Positions 24,520 to 38,344 of a stretch of 64,000 nt of DNA are shown in pieces. Numbering within the stretch: the stretch's first letter is position 1; each line of letters begins with the position of its first letter. The translations under genes were made by a program, and so were the position numbers. The notes beneath the pieces are model-generated. The model saw only the letters and a list, made by a program, of their open reading frames with translations, was not told the DNA's origin and did no database searches. The DNA comes from Octopus bimaculoides (lineage: Eukaryota): assembly GCF_001194135.2 (NCBI RefSeq), contig NC_068999.1:52307059-52371058 (forward strand), in the 5' to 3' direction.

Positions 24520-25400
24520 GAATGCTGTTTTATGGAGTCTGTCATGCTACAAAATATTGATTTCTTGCTTTGACACAGGCCCACAAATTTATCAAGGAAA
24601 GAAGTGCTATGGTCAGCTGTCCAATCCTTTGCTTAAACGTTTGGTACAACATAAATCCTTGGCCCTGATTGTAGCCAATCAACGATTGTTATGTTGTACA
24701 AAAAAAAAAGATCAAAGAAAATTTGCAAAAAGTTGGGTTGTCCAACATATTGTTCTTTCTTTCCACCAATCACAAGCCTTGGATTTTCACCACTCAAAGA
24801 TCCTTGTTGGATCATATACATAGTTGAGATTCCTATTGTTTTTCAGCCAATTGAAAGGTTACTTTACATGCATCCAAGTAAATCTTTCAGTCTTTCTATG
24901 CTTAATAAATAGAATGGTTTTCTCACTATTGTTTAGGTCCTTGTCAGAGTGCAGCAGGACTTTTATGCTTGGCTGCAATATAGTGAAACAGCACTCCTCA
25001 CATTTACTCCTCAGTGGGTGCTGCTGGCGCCGCCGCCGCTGCTAGCACCGCTGCTGCCGCTGCTGTTGCTCATTAGCCTTCACCCTTTGCAGATCAGTTT
25101 ACTTGGTAATTTCTGCAAGAAACTTACCAAGTCTCTACTTGTAATGGCCTTCTGCCAGTGCCGAAGGGCATCTGGTTGAAATGTGGTTCAGGGTGCAAAG
25201 TATTGCTCCACACTGCTTTCAAGATGGGTCTTTTTTTCTTCATTCCATATTTTAAGATTGTTTGGTGTTCACAAGAGGCCAGTGACAGACAGCATGAAGG
25301 AGGAAGGACAATCTTCCCTAGTCAGTACTTCAGACAGTGCTTCCAGGACAGTGGGCGCTCAAGTGCCTGGTTTCACTGCATCCATTGATTCTGGTGGCCA
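24520..25400 (-). mobile_element. Degenerate RLE-type non-LTR retrotransposon fragment (HERO/NeSL-like)
   Basis: Minus-strand pieces SFMLSVTGLL*TPNNLKIW and, after frameshifts, KQCGA..TLNHISTRCPSALAEGHYK*R match the LPTP.NL..W / CCHC knuckle / AL..GRY.WRH of R2-superfamily elements. Left boundary uncertain. Confidence 0.6.
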
Positions 25401-25450
25401 ATAATTTTTATCATCTTGTTTTAGTTTTCATATTTGTTTTGTCCCATGTC

Positions 25451-25481
<31 letters not shown>

Positions 25482-27694
25482 TGTATGTATGTATGTATGT
25501 ATGTACGTATATCAGAATAAACACACACACACACACACACGCACACACACACACACACACACATTAATTTATATATATATCTGAAGTGGTCTGAGATTTC
25601 CCAATGGTTATTGATAAAATATTCTATAGTTTGAGACCCTAACGCTCTAAGCATTTAATAAAATACTTGCGTGTATATAATCAATACTTTATATTGATCT
25701 GTTCAATACTTTTATATTGATTGATTCCTTTATTNNNNNNNNNNNNNNNNNNNNNNNNNNNNNNNNNNNNNNNNNNNNNNNNNNNNNNNNNNNNNNNNNN
25801 NNNNNNNNNNNNNNNNNNNNNNNNNNNNNNNNNNNNNNNNNNNNNNNTTAGTATCCTATACATTTTTATTTTTTATTTGTTTCAGCTACTGGACTATGGC
25901 CATGCTGAGGCACCACCTTGAAGGGTTTTAATCAAGCAAATCCACCCCAGTTCTTACTTTTTAAAGTCCTTTATGCCGAACCACTATGTTATGGGAATAG
26001 AAACAAACCAACACCTGCTGTCAAGCAGCAGTAGAGAACAAACACAAACACACACATATATAGATACATACATATTATGCGTGTGTATGTATGTATGTAT
26101 ATATATATATATATATATGAATGAATATATTGTTGCTATTATGCAAAAGTGTTGTAAGTCCAAAATGTTGCTTTTTCAGAAAACGAAAAAGTAGTTCCGC
26201 TGTTCCATAGCAAAACCGTTGTACTACACTTTGAAAATTTTTGATATCTTCGCATCTGAAGCAGTTGGAGATACAATAGTTTGACCAGAAGAACCGGCTA
26301 TTGCAAGCAAAACTAAATATTAAAAACAACGCATTTGGCCAAATTTGGACATACGATATTTTAACACAATAATGACGTTGACAAAGATCAAGCCACAGGA
26401 ATATAAATTGTATTGATTCTTTTGGCCACTCCCCTAATTTAAAATATAGCCTTGTTTGTATCCAAGTTAAATAAATCACTATATTGTGAGAATATTGTCT
26501 GTTGTTAATGCAATTAATTGGTCAGTTGACTTCACTAATTAAGTAGTTTAGTTTTCTTAATTATCCGACTACATTGTTAAGTTTTCACACTGCATTTAGA
26601 ACATGGAAAAAGAATAGTCATTAACCATGGATGCAAGCATAGTTGTTCGGTCAAGTCGTTTGTTTACACTTTTGTGGTTTCAGGTTTGATTCCTCTTGAT
26701 GACATCTTCGTTAAATGTCTTTTCAATATTATCATGTTCACCAATGCTTTCTGAATGAAAGTTGGTAGGTGGAAACTGCTTAGAAGCCAGTTGTGTATAC
26801 ATACACACACACACACACACACGCACACACAGACAGACAGACAGACAGACACACACACACACACACTACTACCACCACCACCATATATATGTATGCGACT
26901 GGTTTCTTTCATTTTCTATAGAATGCATTAGCAGGCCGAGAGCTGAACCAAGGTGTCATGCAGTGGGACTGAACCTGAAACCATGTGGTTGGGAAGTAAA
27001 CTTCTCGACAACACAGCCACAGCTGTGTCTATACACATATGCATATTTTCAGATAAACACACTTTCACAATGTTACAACACCGCCCCCATGCACACACAC
27101 ACTCATATACTCAGATAAGTACACTATTGAAAAGTTACAATCCACACACTGTCTATCAATCTATACACACATACATGCATACATACATACAAACATGTTC
27201 TCAGATTAACACAGTCATAAATTTATCACACACACACTCACACATACATTTGCACACGTCTATGTGATTAAAATTGAAATTTTAAAAACCATCCCTCCCC
27301 TTCCCTTCTCATTCTGCTTACCGCAACACTTTTGTCTTCTTATCCTCTTCTTCATCCTCTCTTGGTCACAAGTAAATATTATTTCTATCACTCTACCACC
27401 ACCTTCTTTATTATTATTATTATTATTTTTGTTAACTTCCTACCTCCTACCCCTTTATGAAGCTTTGATATTAGCATCACCTCCTCCATCTACCTTGATT
27501 CCTCTCCTCATCCTGCTTCCTTTTGTTGTTTATGTTAGTTTTCATCAGTGTTGTGGTTCCAACACTTTGTCTCTGTTGAGTCTATATTTATCAACATTAC
27601 ACAGCAGTCAAGTGAAAAATACTTTTACTTTCTATGTGTCGGCTGCACAATGAGTTGGCTGCACAAACACAAACATGAAATTATTTTAATTATA

Positions 27695-27754
<60 letters not shown>

Positions 27755-28486
27755 TATTTTTATTGAAAACACCTGTATTCTACTTTTATATTTTGTTATC
27801 AATTTTATTTTTACATATTTTTCATATTTTATCAATTTTATTTTATCATATTTATGTATGAGTTCCTTGCTGTTTGTTTGGAACTTTAAAATATCCAATT
27901 CCATCATCAATGTTTCTAGACTTTCATCATCTCAACTTTCAGATGAAACGATGTTGATGTGTTGCTATGTCTTAATAGTAGATTGGGCCATTGTGATTGG
28001 TGAAGGTTTTATCACTAGAATTAAAATTTCTGATAGATTTATATGTTGTCAGTTAGGCATTTAATTTTGTTTGTGATTTCTATATGTTACCTGTGTGTTT
28101 GTCTGAGTATTGTGCTGTGTTATTAGTATTGCTTCAACCATTAATTCACTGTTTCTGTCAGGGATTCTAAATAGTATTGATGTATTGTTTGCTAATGTTT
28201 TCCTATGTAATTTTATTTTGTTTTTGTGTGCTTTAGAGCATTGGAACTGCTGCTATTTGTACGTATCTAGTGAACCAGCAAAAAAGTGTCATACTTGTAT
28301 ACCAATATATCAGTTAGAACCAGGAAGTTTCCATATTTGTGATCAAATTTTCAATTCACACTAGTCCTTAATAACCAAACCCCAGATATATTACATACTT
28401 ATGGCTTGTTATTGATAAGAAGGTTTTTAATTTTAGTATGTTTGTAGAATATTATCAATGTTAATATTATGAGTAGAGGCACAATG

Positions 28487-28857
28487 GCCCAGTGGTTAGG
28501 GCAGCGGACTCGCAGTCATAGAATCGCGGTTTCGATTCCCAGACCGGGTGTTGTGAGTGTTTATTGAGCGAAAACAGCTAAAGCTCTACGAGGTTCCGGC
28601 AGGGGATGGTGGCAAACCCTGCTGTACTCTTTGACCACAACTTTCTCTCACTCTTACTTCCTGTTTCTGTTGTACCTGTAATTCAAAGGGTCAGCCTTGT
28701 CACACTCTGTATCACGCTGAATCTCCCCGAGAACTACGTTAAGGGTACACGTGTCTGTGGAGTGCTCAGCCACTTGCACGTTAATTTCACGAGCAGGCTG
28801 TTCCGTTGATTGAATCAACTGGAACCCTCGACGTCGTAAGCGACGGAGTGCCAACAT
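28487..28857 (+). mobile_element. tRNA-derived SINE family C, full-length young copy
   Basis: GGCACAATGGCCCAGTGGTTAGGGCAGCGGACTCGC...GGTTTCGATTCCCAGACCGG head with A/B boxes; CpGs retained. The 5' half is repeated almost identically at 43524-43700. Confidence 0.85.
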
Positions 28858-29694
28858 ACATAATATTATGAATGTAAATTTTATAACAAATATCAATACT
28901 GTTAAAGTCAGTTAAATATTTTGTGTAAAGCATGTTATGTCCTGTGTTATAAGGTGTTCTTTTAATAATATGCTAATCTATTCTATAGTTCATATGAATT
29001 TGATTCATGTGATATACTTTATGTTTAGTTCTGTGTATTTTTAATAAGTGTGGCATTTGATGTATTTGTTCCATTGTGTGTTTTGCATTGTTCTAGGGTT
29101 TGGTCTGTTATTAGTTTGTTAAAATACTTGTTAATGATTAGTATTTGCTTTATGCTGTAGATTTCATTATTTTGCACTTTGTCTGTGGAGGAGGAGCTAA
29201 ATACTCTTGCATCTATTGAAAATACTCAACAAAGAAGCCACTTCATGGCTGCTAGAAACAATAACTAAATCTCCTCAAATCAACTCCTCCCCATCATCTT
29301 AGATAATATGCCTGCACATAAGAAAAACTAGAATGCCTTTACCACATATCTGCTCATTCATGCCTGACCTGGGGTTAAACAGCAACAATAAGAAAAGCTA
29401 CACATAAGTATATACATAAATCAAATACATACTAACTATAGAATAGATAACCATTCTGAAAACACCTAATAAAAAAATGTAAGATGCATTACACCACATG
29501 TTAATGATATATCACAAAAAACCTTATTGATTTAGTAACACATGGGGTCCCCTAGCAGATTATTAATACAAAGCAGTTAATCATTTCGTCATAATATTTG
29601 AGGGAATTAAAAGTTTGAATTTGAAATTAAGGACTAAGGAAAAAGGGAAAAAGAAAGCCACAAACTTGTAGGCTTACTACAATATATGCATATA

Positions 29695-29990
29695 TCATCA
29701 TCATCATTTAACGTCCGCTTTCCATGCTAGCATGGGTTGGACGATTTGACTGAGGACTGTTGAAACCGGATGGCAACACCAGGCTCCAATCTAAATTTGG
29801 CAGAGTTTCTACAGCTGGATGCCCTTCCTAACGCCAACCACTCAGAGAGTGTAGTAGGTGCTTTTACGTGTCACCCGCACGAGGGCCAGTCAGGCGATAC
29901 TGGCAACGGCCACGCTCGAAATGGTGTCTTTTATGTGCCACCCGCACAAGAGCCACTCCAGGGCCACTGGCAACGATCTCGCTCGAAAAT
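29695..29990 (-). mobile_element. Young RTE-tail retroposon copy with (GAT)n tail and two ~65-bp tandem units
   Basis: Near-identical to 39880-40075 over ~190 bp, and shares its 3' sequence with the RTE fragment at 10777-11010. Confidence 0.85.
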
Positions 29991-30020
29991 CCTATGAAGG
30001 GATCAAATCTTGGAGGAAAC

Positions 30021-30060
<40 letters not shown>

Positions 30061-30081
30061 CACACACACACACACATATAT

Positions 30082-30392
30082 GAAGGTACATGATTCAGTG
30101 GTTAGTCTCACAATCATGAGTAGTGAGTTCGATTCCTGGACCAGGTTGTGTTGTGTACCTGAGCAAAACACTTTATTTCACGTTGCTCCAGTTCACTCAG
30201 CTGTAGAAATGAGTTGTGACGTCACTGGTGCCAAGCTGTACCAGCCTTTCCCTTGGATTACACTGGTGGCATGGGGAGGGGATGCTGGTATGTATGAGCA
30301 ATTGCTACTCTTCCGTAAACAACCTTGCCCAGGAGGGGAATTTTCTAGGTGCAGTCCCATGGTCATTCATGACCAAAAGGGTTTTTACCCTA
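30082..30392 (+). mobile_element. tRNA-derived SINE family B copy
   Basis: Colinear with 19612-19955. Confidence 0.85.
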
Positions 30393-31362
30393 TATATATA
30401 TCTATGTAGATATAAACATAGATATATGATGGACATCCACACAATATCCCTCTACCAAATTCACTCACATGGCAATGACTGGCCCTGAGCTTTAGTAGAA
30501 GACATTTGCTCAAGGTGTTATGCAGTGGGACTGAACCCAAAACAACATGGTTACAAAACAAGCTTCTTAACCACACAGCCACGACAAATTTTTCTTTTTT
30601 TTTTTTTTATAAATAATGTTCACTACATTTGAAGGTGCACCACTGAAAAGTAGCTGCTTACCATTACTTCAAGATTCCAGTGATTTTATTAATCCTGCGT
30701 ATCTCCATAATTTCTCTTGTATATCTTTACATACCTCTAGGTTCTACTACCCCAGTTTGAGAACTACTTCAGTAAATAAATGAAAGAATTTTGAGGAATT
30801 TCCCAAATTATCTTCTAAGTTTCAGACAGACTTTCATTCCAGTAAACCTTATATGATAATGATAATTTTTAAAACTGATTGATCAATAATTTGGTTATAG
30901 TTATAGAAATATATGTAGGTGGTGATGGTGGTGGTGGTAGTGGTTCTGACAGTAGTGATAGTGAATTAGTTTAAAAATAATCTGAATGCAAAATGTAAAA
31001 AAAAGAGGAGTTTTGGAACAGACAGGAAATTAATAATGAATAATTATTGTAGGATCAAAGAAAGACGCTGTTATAACTGCTTAAAATAAACTTTTAATTC
31101 TTTCTCTTTTGGAATAGAAAAAAAAAAAATATATAATAATAATAATAATAGTAATAAAATAAAAAAAGAAAAGAAAAAGAAAGTAATCAGGAGAAAGGTA
31201 TGTTGAAGAAGGATGATGATGATGATGATATATGATATGTGTGTGTGTGTGTGTGTGGAGAGAAAGAGAGAGAGAGAAAGAGAAACAGAGACAGTATGTG
31301 TATCAATAAGCAGGAAGTCAGTTTTTTTCTCTCCTGAATGAAATATTAAGGGGAGGGGAAGT

Positions 31363-31364
<2 letters not shown>

Positions 31365-31403
<39 letters not shown>

Positions 31404-31650
31404 ATAGGCGTAGTAGCAGCAGCAACAGCAGTGGCGGCGGCGGTGGTGGTGGTTGTGGTGGTGGTAGTGGTTGTGGTGGTGATGAGCAGAGTTGTAATGG
31501 CAACAGCACCATCACCACCAAGAGCAATAATGGTGGTGGCAGAAGTGGTAGCAGCGGCACTACCTGTGGCACTGGCAGAGGATGTAGTGGAGGTGGTGGT
31601 GTTGGTAGTAGTAGTAGTAGTAGTAGTAGTAGCAGCAGCAGCATTAGTAG
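31365..31650. repeat. Compound trinucleotide microsatellite (GTA/GCA/GTG)
   Basis: Directly visible; source of poly-L/P/T/V pseudo-ORFs. Confidence 0.9.
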
Positions 31651-31811
31651 TTGAATGAATGGAAGAATGAATGAATGAATGAATACATAAAAAAAAAAGC
31701 AATTCATTCCAAAAGAGTTTGATTAATTTTTGTACTGTATTCTTCACTCTATCCATGTCTTTTAAATATATATGTATGTATATATATATGTGTGTGTGTG
31801 TGTATACATAC

Positions 31812-31859
<48 letters not shown>

Positions 31860-32230
31860 ATGTATACATAAATGTGTATTAATATCTGATTCTTTTCCCT
31901 TCTTCCTCTGCTTCTCCGTCCCCTCATCGACACCAGCATCCCATCCACCACTCTTCATTATACTAAACTACAAAGTGCCATACCAAATTTTGACCTATTT
32001 CATATACATCATATTCAAATAGCATTTTATGATCTTTCTTACAGTTCTCTCCATCTTTATAGATCAATCTCTTTGACTGTGATTCTAGGAATATTTTTAT
32101 TCCAAAAAGAAAAAAAGAGAAAACTGAAAAAGAAAAAGAAACAATATTTACAAAAAAAAATAAGGGGAAAGCAAAAAAATTTCAACAGCAACAACAACAA
32201 CAACAACAACAACAAATCGTGATGATGATG

Positions 32231-32262
<32 letters not shown>

Positions 32263-32571
32263 GATGATGATGATGATGGTGATGATAAAAACTTTGTAGT
32301 TTGATTTCAAGTGTTTATTGGATATTTCCAGAAAGCTGTTTAGAAATGGTTTTAGATGGCATATCAAGTGTATCACTAATTTTGTCATTTACTTCAAGAA
32401 GTCTTTTCTGTGTTTGTAGTTGACAGAGGAGAAGGTGTGTATATATATCTATCTATCTATCTATCTATCTATNNNNNNNNNNNNNNNNNNNNNNNNNNNN
32501 NNNNNNNNNNNNNNNNNNNNNNNNNNNNNNNNNNNNNNNNNNNNNNNNNNNNNNNNNNNNNNNNNNNNNNN

Positions 32572-32623
<52 letters not shown>

Positions 32624-32788
32624 CACATAGAGATGTATATATACTTTAATACACATTTATTCTTGAGGACATATATACATACATACACACACACACGCAC
32701 ACACACATTCACACAAATACATACATACGTACATACATAGATACATATATATATATATAGATATATACATAAATATATAGATATATAC

Positions 32789-32877
<89 letters not shown>

Positions 32878-34485
32878 CATATAACACATATATTATATCA
32901 AAATAGGAGATTGGAAAAAGTTTTGGTATTATTTATTCACCATTACACATGTTTCATTTGCTAATAAGAGTTGCTATGGATTATCATCAAGCATTTTCTT
33001 TGAAATCACTAATAGACCTTACCTATAACTTTATAATTTATTCGATCATGGAACTGTGTAAGACATTTCTATTTCATTCAGACCCTTCCTCATTTTTGAC
33101 AAACTAGAATGTACTAATATCTTTGATTGGGGATATTTCTTCATTTTTATACTTTTCTAAATCTTCCCGCTCTGATGACAGGATATCTGGCTTATGGAAT
33201 CTGTAACAGAAGCGATTTATACTGTCATTATGTGTGAGATGTCTTCATTGTGGTTATTTAGGCTTAAATACCTGGATATCGACACCACAAGCCTTTTTGT
33301 TACAGCAGGTCACATGACCTTGTGATTAACTGAACTTGTTGTTTGTATTGGTCAGTTTCCAGCCATCCAAACGTGTTGGCACAACAGTTTGTCTTTCCTT
33401 ATGTGGGAAATTAATCACCAGCTCTAGGAGCTTACTGATCTCTATAAGAACGGCAGTTCTCGACTGCTCTAGGCCTTTGGCATATACTACTGACCACATA
33501 CAACTCCAAGAGGAGGAGGAGGAGGAGGAGGAGGCAAGACAAAGATGAAAACTTGAAAAAGATTTTTAAAAAGTTGGGGGAGAAAAGCAAAAGAATAATG
33601 AAGGCAAAATTGTAAAGAACAAAAAGTCTGCAAGATACTAGAAAAAAAAGAACCTCCCTCACTCATGCACTAAAAAGAAAAGACGGATGGAATGCAATAA
33701 AAAGCTTAAAAAAAAACACGTAAATGGTCAATATCTATAGCTTGGAATTGAGTAATTTTCACTAGCAACAATTTTTATTGGAATTATATGAAAATAAAAT
33801 AAAGTTGTGCTTATCTATCAATGAAATTTATATATTTAAAAAAAATTTATATTTGTCAAGATGAAAAATAGACCAAATAAAAATAAAAAGAAATAGAAAA
33901 ATAAAAACAATCAATGAACAAATAGAACCACTATGTGATTGATTAAAGCGTTGTTCTTTAAATTCAATATTTTGCTTCAGTTCCATTAGNNNNNNNNNNN
34001 NNNNNNNNNNNNNNNNNNNNNNNNNNNNNNNNNNNNNNNNNNNNNNNNNNNNNNNNNNNNNNNNNNNNNNNNNNNNNNNNNNNNNNNNNNNNNNNNNNNN
34101 NNNNNNNNNNNNNNNNNNNNNNNNNNNNNNNNNNNNNNNNNNNNNNNNNNNNNNNNNNNNNNNNNNNNNNNNNNNNNNNNNNNNNNNNNNNNNNNNNNNN
34201 NNNNNNNNNNNNNNNNNNNNNNNNNNNNNNNNNNNNNNNNNNNNNNNNNNNNNNNNNNNNNNNNNNNNNNNNNNNNNNNNNNNNNNNNNNNNNNNNNNNN
34301 NNNNNNNNNNNNNNNNNNNNNNNNNNNNNNNNNNNNNNNNNNNNNNNNNNNNNNNNNNNNNNNNNNTATATATATATATATATATATGCATACATACACA
34401 CATACACACACTCACACATGTATATAAATTTTATGTTGTAGTTAAATTCATTTATCATGAAGTTTTATGTACATATATATATTTG

Positions 34486-34559
<74 letters not shown>

Positions 34560-35257
34560 AAGAGAGAGAGAGAGAGAGAGGGATAGGTAGATAGATAGAT
34601 AGATAGATTCATATGTACATATTCATTCATACATATCTATCTTTGTCTGTCTGTCTGTCTATCTGTCTGCCTATGTGTCAGCCTGCCTGCCTGTCTGTAT
34701 GTATGAATGTATATATATGTATATGTGTGCCTATGTGAGTGTATATATTTTAGTGGTTTATTCAACCCGACTCGTAAAATAAAAGCCACTGAGGTGACAC
34801 TTGAAGCCCCTTTCGACACTAATATGATTATATCTTCATACATGAATATACATGTACCTTTGTGTGTATGTCTGTGTGCATACATGTATGTACATATATG
34901 TGTATAATTTTGTAATACATTTTAGAACCTTTTTAATATTAAAGTTATATGAACATTTTTGAAAGTTGATTAGATAGAGTGAGTTAGAGACAGAATTCAT
35001 TTATAAGAGTTTCATGGTTTTGTAGGAAGAGAAAGATTGCAAGTTGAAAGATTAAGTCTACAGTAGCTGATGGAATTCTTATTCTGCTAAAATATCTGCA
35101 TATTTATGGCAGGATTTCATCTGTTCTTTGGAAAACCCCCAAAATATAAATCTATTCTCTCCCTATCAAGTGTCCAAAGTAGTTTCAGATTCTCTTATAC
35201 ATTTCTTAATACTTTAAAACTAGATGGAGACAGAGAAGACAGCAGAGGATGAAAAAA

Positions 35258-35360
35258 AGAGAGAGAGAGGGAGGAGGGGGAGGAAAAAGAGAGAGAGAGA
35301 GGGAAGAGGGGGAGGAAAAAGAGAGAGAGGGGGAGGAGGGGGAGGAAAAAGAGAGAAAGA
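35258..35360. repeat. ~29-bp-unit pure-purine minisatellite
   Basis: GAAAAAGAGAGAGAGAGGGAGGAGGGGGAG repeated about 3.5 times. Confidence 0.8.
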
Positions 35361-36734
35361 CAAGGAAGGATATGAAGAAAGTTATATTTATAAGCTTAAC
35401 TAATCTTGTAATTTTCTTCTGACAATCAGGAATATTGTAAAGAAATACGATATTTGACCATTTTTATATTGATTAAGTGCAACTGAAAACCAAAATTCCA
35501 AACCCCAAACCCAAAAGTTACATATTTCCCCCACAGAATTATTACATATTGTTGTTTTATAAGTATAAACAAGTTTCTAACAACCATATTTCTACCAAAG
35601 AATTTAATCCACTTCTCATTTCTCCATTTTCCTTTGATTGACTTCACAAAAGAACCAAAATATTCTCATGCTTTTAATAGTTCTTTGCAACAATAAGGTG
35701 GTTCACTGAAGACAATTTGCTTCCAAACAGATCAATAGCATCCTTTTCTGAACACAGTGAAGATCTTTGCAGTATTCTAGCTCTTCTGTTGCTCAGTCAT
35801 TTATTTATTTTTCTTTTCTTTCTTCCATAGACTTTGTATAAATATCAATAGCTGCAGTAATACAACATTTTCAATAACTTTTAAAGTTGGCTGCTTTTAA
35901 TCTCAATACAGCTTTTACAAAGTTCTCTTTTGTGCTAGTCACATGACTTAATATGGAGGCCTGATATACCCACAGATTGATTTATGCATGGTAGTTTTCC
36001 TTCGTTCTTAACTGCATCCACTAATCAATGATATGCTTTATCATTACACCTATATAGCTACACAGTGAGTTGGGTAGTGTAAGATTTATTATTACTTTAT
36101 TTTTCTGATATAACAGAACACGATATGCTCTGACAGATTACTAGTGCAATTAAGAATAGAAACAAAACAGATTAAAAGAATAGAAATTTCAATAAAATGG
36201 CCTATTTTTCACCACCACCAACATCAACAGCACAATTACCAACACCATCAACTGAATAATTTAATAAAGAAGTCACAATAAATGCTGTTATATTCATTGT
36301 GATTATTTTGGAATAGATCTAAGATAAAGATAAAAGGGAGACAATCATTAATAATCTGCTAATTTAATTAACATTGATCAGCTTCAGCTAGGCGGAGTAT
36401 TTTTTTTTTCATTTGTTTATGTTATGTTACTTTTGATTTTTCTTCTTTGTCTGTTATAAAATTTTCAAAGAAACATTTCAAGATGATTATGTTATGAAGT
36501 AAGAAAACAAAAAAAGGCTTGTTTGCAAATGAGGGAATTAGATACTATAATTAATAGTAAATGTTGTCGAAACACACATTCACACTGGCATATACATGCA
36601 TGTTCTAGAAACATGAAATACTTTCAATTATACATTACACACACACACACATATATATATACTCACACACACACACACATACATACATACATACACACAT
36701 ATGTACATACACATGACATGCACACACACACATG

Positions 36735-36770
<36 letters not shown>

Positions 36771-37542
36771 AATGAATATAAGATCCAGGGATCAAGGTGT
36801 AGGAAGAAAGTTAGCTTCAAGCAATCCGTAGTATATATAAAACCAATTTTCAGGGACAATAGCCATTTTCTGAGACAGAAGGTTGTGGATTTTTTTTCTT
36901 ATCAAAGTACAATAAATTGAAAAGAAGTTCTTTTTATATTTCACAGTAGGCAACCAGGGTTGCCAGATATGCAAATAAGAATACAAGAGTTAAGGAACAG
37001 AGTAGATAAGATCTAGGCAACATATGTTTCATAGTGAGCGGAACCTCAGAAATGGTAAATATCCAAGCAAAGTGTATACCGCAGGCTACTCTTCAGGCCA
37101 AAGATATCTTGATTAAATGAAAGTTTACATTGTTGCAAGGAGGTATATGTTAACGCATGGAAGATTCAATCAGAATGTGTCTTCTTTGTAAATAGAATTG
37201 TGTATATTTAGTACTTTGTAGTAGTGTAGTAATATAGAACCAGTGTGACATATAGTATAGGGCATATACATCATCATCATCATAATCATCATTTAATGTC
37301 CTTTCTTTCCATGCTAGCATGGGTTGGATGGTTTGACAAGAACAGATGAGCCAGAGGGTATCACCAGCTAAAGCATTGTACATACATACATGCATACATA
37401 CATGCATACATACATGCATACATACATGCATACATATATGCATATATACACATACATACATATAACATACATACATACATACATACACACGTGTGTGTAT
37501 ATACATATATTACATAAATACATACATTCATGCACATACATA

Positions 37543-37947
37543 GCGTGGCTGTGCGGTAAGAAGTTTGCTTCCCAACCACATGGTTCCAGGTTCAGTCCCA
37601 CCGCATGGCACCTTGGGCAAATGTCTTCTTGTTATAGCCTCAGGCCAACCAAACCTTGTGAGTGGATTTGGTAGACAGAAACTGAAAGAAGCCTGTCATG
37701 TGTGTGTGTGTATGTGTGTGTGTGTGTGTGTGTGATTGTGTCTGTGTTTGTCTGGCATCACCAAATGACAACCAATGTTGGTGTGTTTATGTCCCTGTAA
37801 CTTAGCAGTTTGGCAATAAAGTACGATAGAATAAGTACCAGGCTTGAAATAATAGGTACTGGGGTTAATTTGTTCAACTAAAATTTTTCAAGGTGCTGCT
37901 CCAGCATGGCCACAGTGAAATAACTGAAACAAGAAAAAAGTAAAAGG

Positions 37948-37950
<3 letters not shown>
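37543..37950 (+). mobile_element. tRNA-derived SINE family A, near full-length copy
   Basis: Head GCGTGGCTGTGCGGTAAGAAG...GGTTCAGTCCCAC (A/B-box-like), internal (TG)n, and tail ...CCAGCATGGCCACAGT...CTGAAACAAG. About 20 full or partial copies occur in the window (e.g. 38-193, 7095-7360, 13975-14130, 17090-17245, 18975-19135, 22165-22281, 30440-30585, 41410-42125, 63720-63870). Confidence 0.85.
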
Positions 37951-37989
<39 letters not shown>

Positions 37990-38289
37990 GCATATCTATA
38001 CCTAAGCACATTTGTGTGAAATGTATTGTATATAACGTAAGTATTATGTATGAATGTATATATGTTATGCTTGTAAATATGTATATACGCAACTATATAT
38101 ATATCTAAGTATATGCATGTACATACATCTATACACATCTGCACAACAACATATGTATTTACATATGTACACATTTATGTACGAAAACAAATCTTTTGAA
38201 TGCCAATCAATACATCTCTTGCAGTAAGATATTTATGTAGATATCTCTACTTAATGAATATTTCAGTGCAGTCAATGTGAAGCTCAGCT

Positions 38290-38344
<55 letters not shown>

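Noticed and set aside
27895-28010. Minus-strand INIVSSES*DDESLETLMMELDILKF, faintly like an APE endonuclease N-terminus
   Set aside because: Too short and degenerate, with no other APE motifs nearby.
28487-28560. tRNA-like sequence (also 43524-43600 and 19612-19690)
   Set aside because: These are SINE heads. They continue into SINE bodies and do not form a full acceptor-stem cloverleaf.
31318-31951. Long ORFs with poly-L/P/T/V/IY tracts
   Set aside because: Translations of compound microsatellites.
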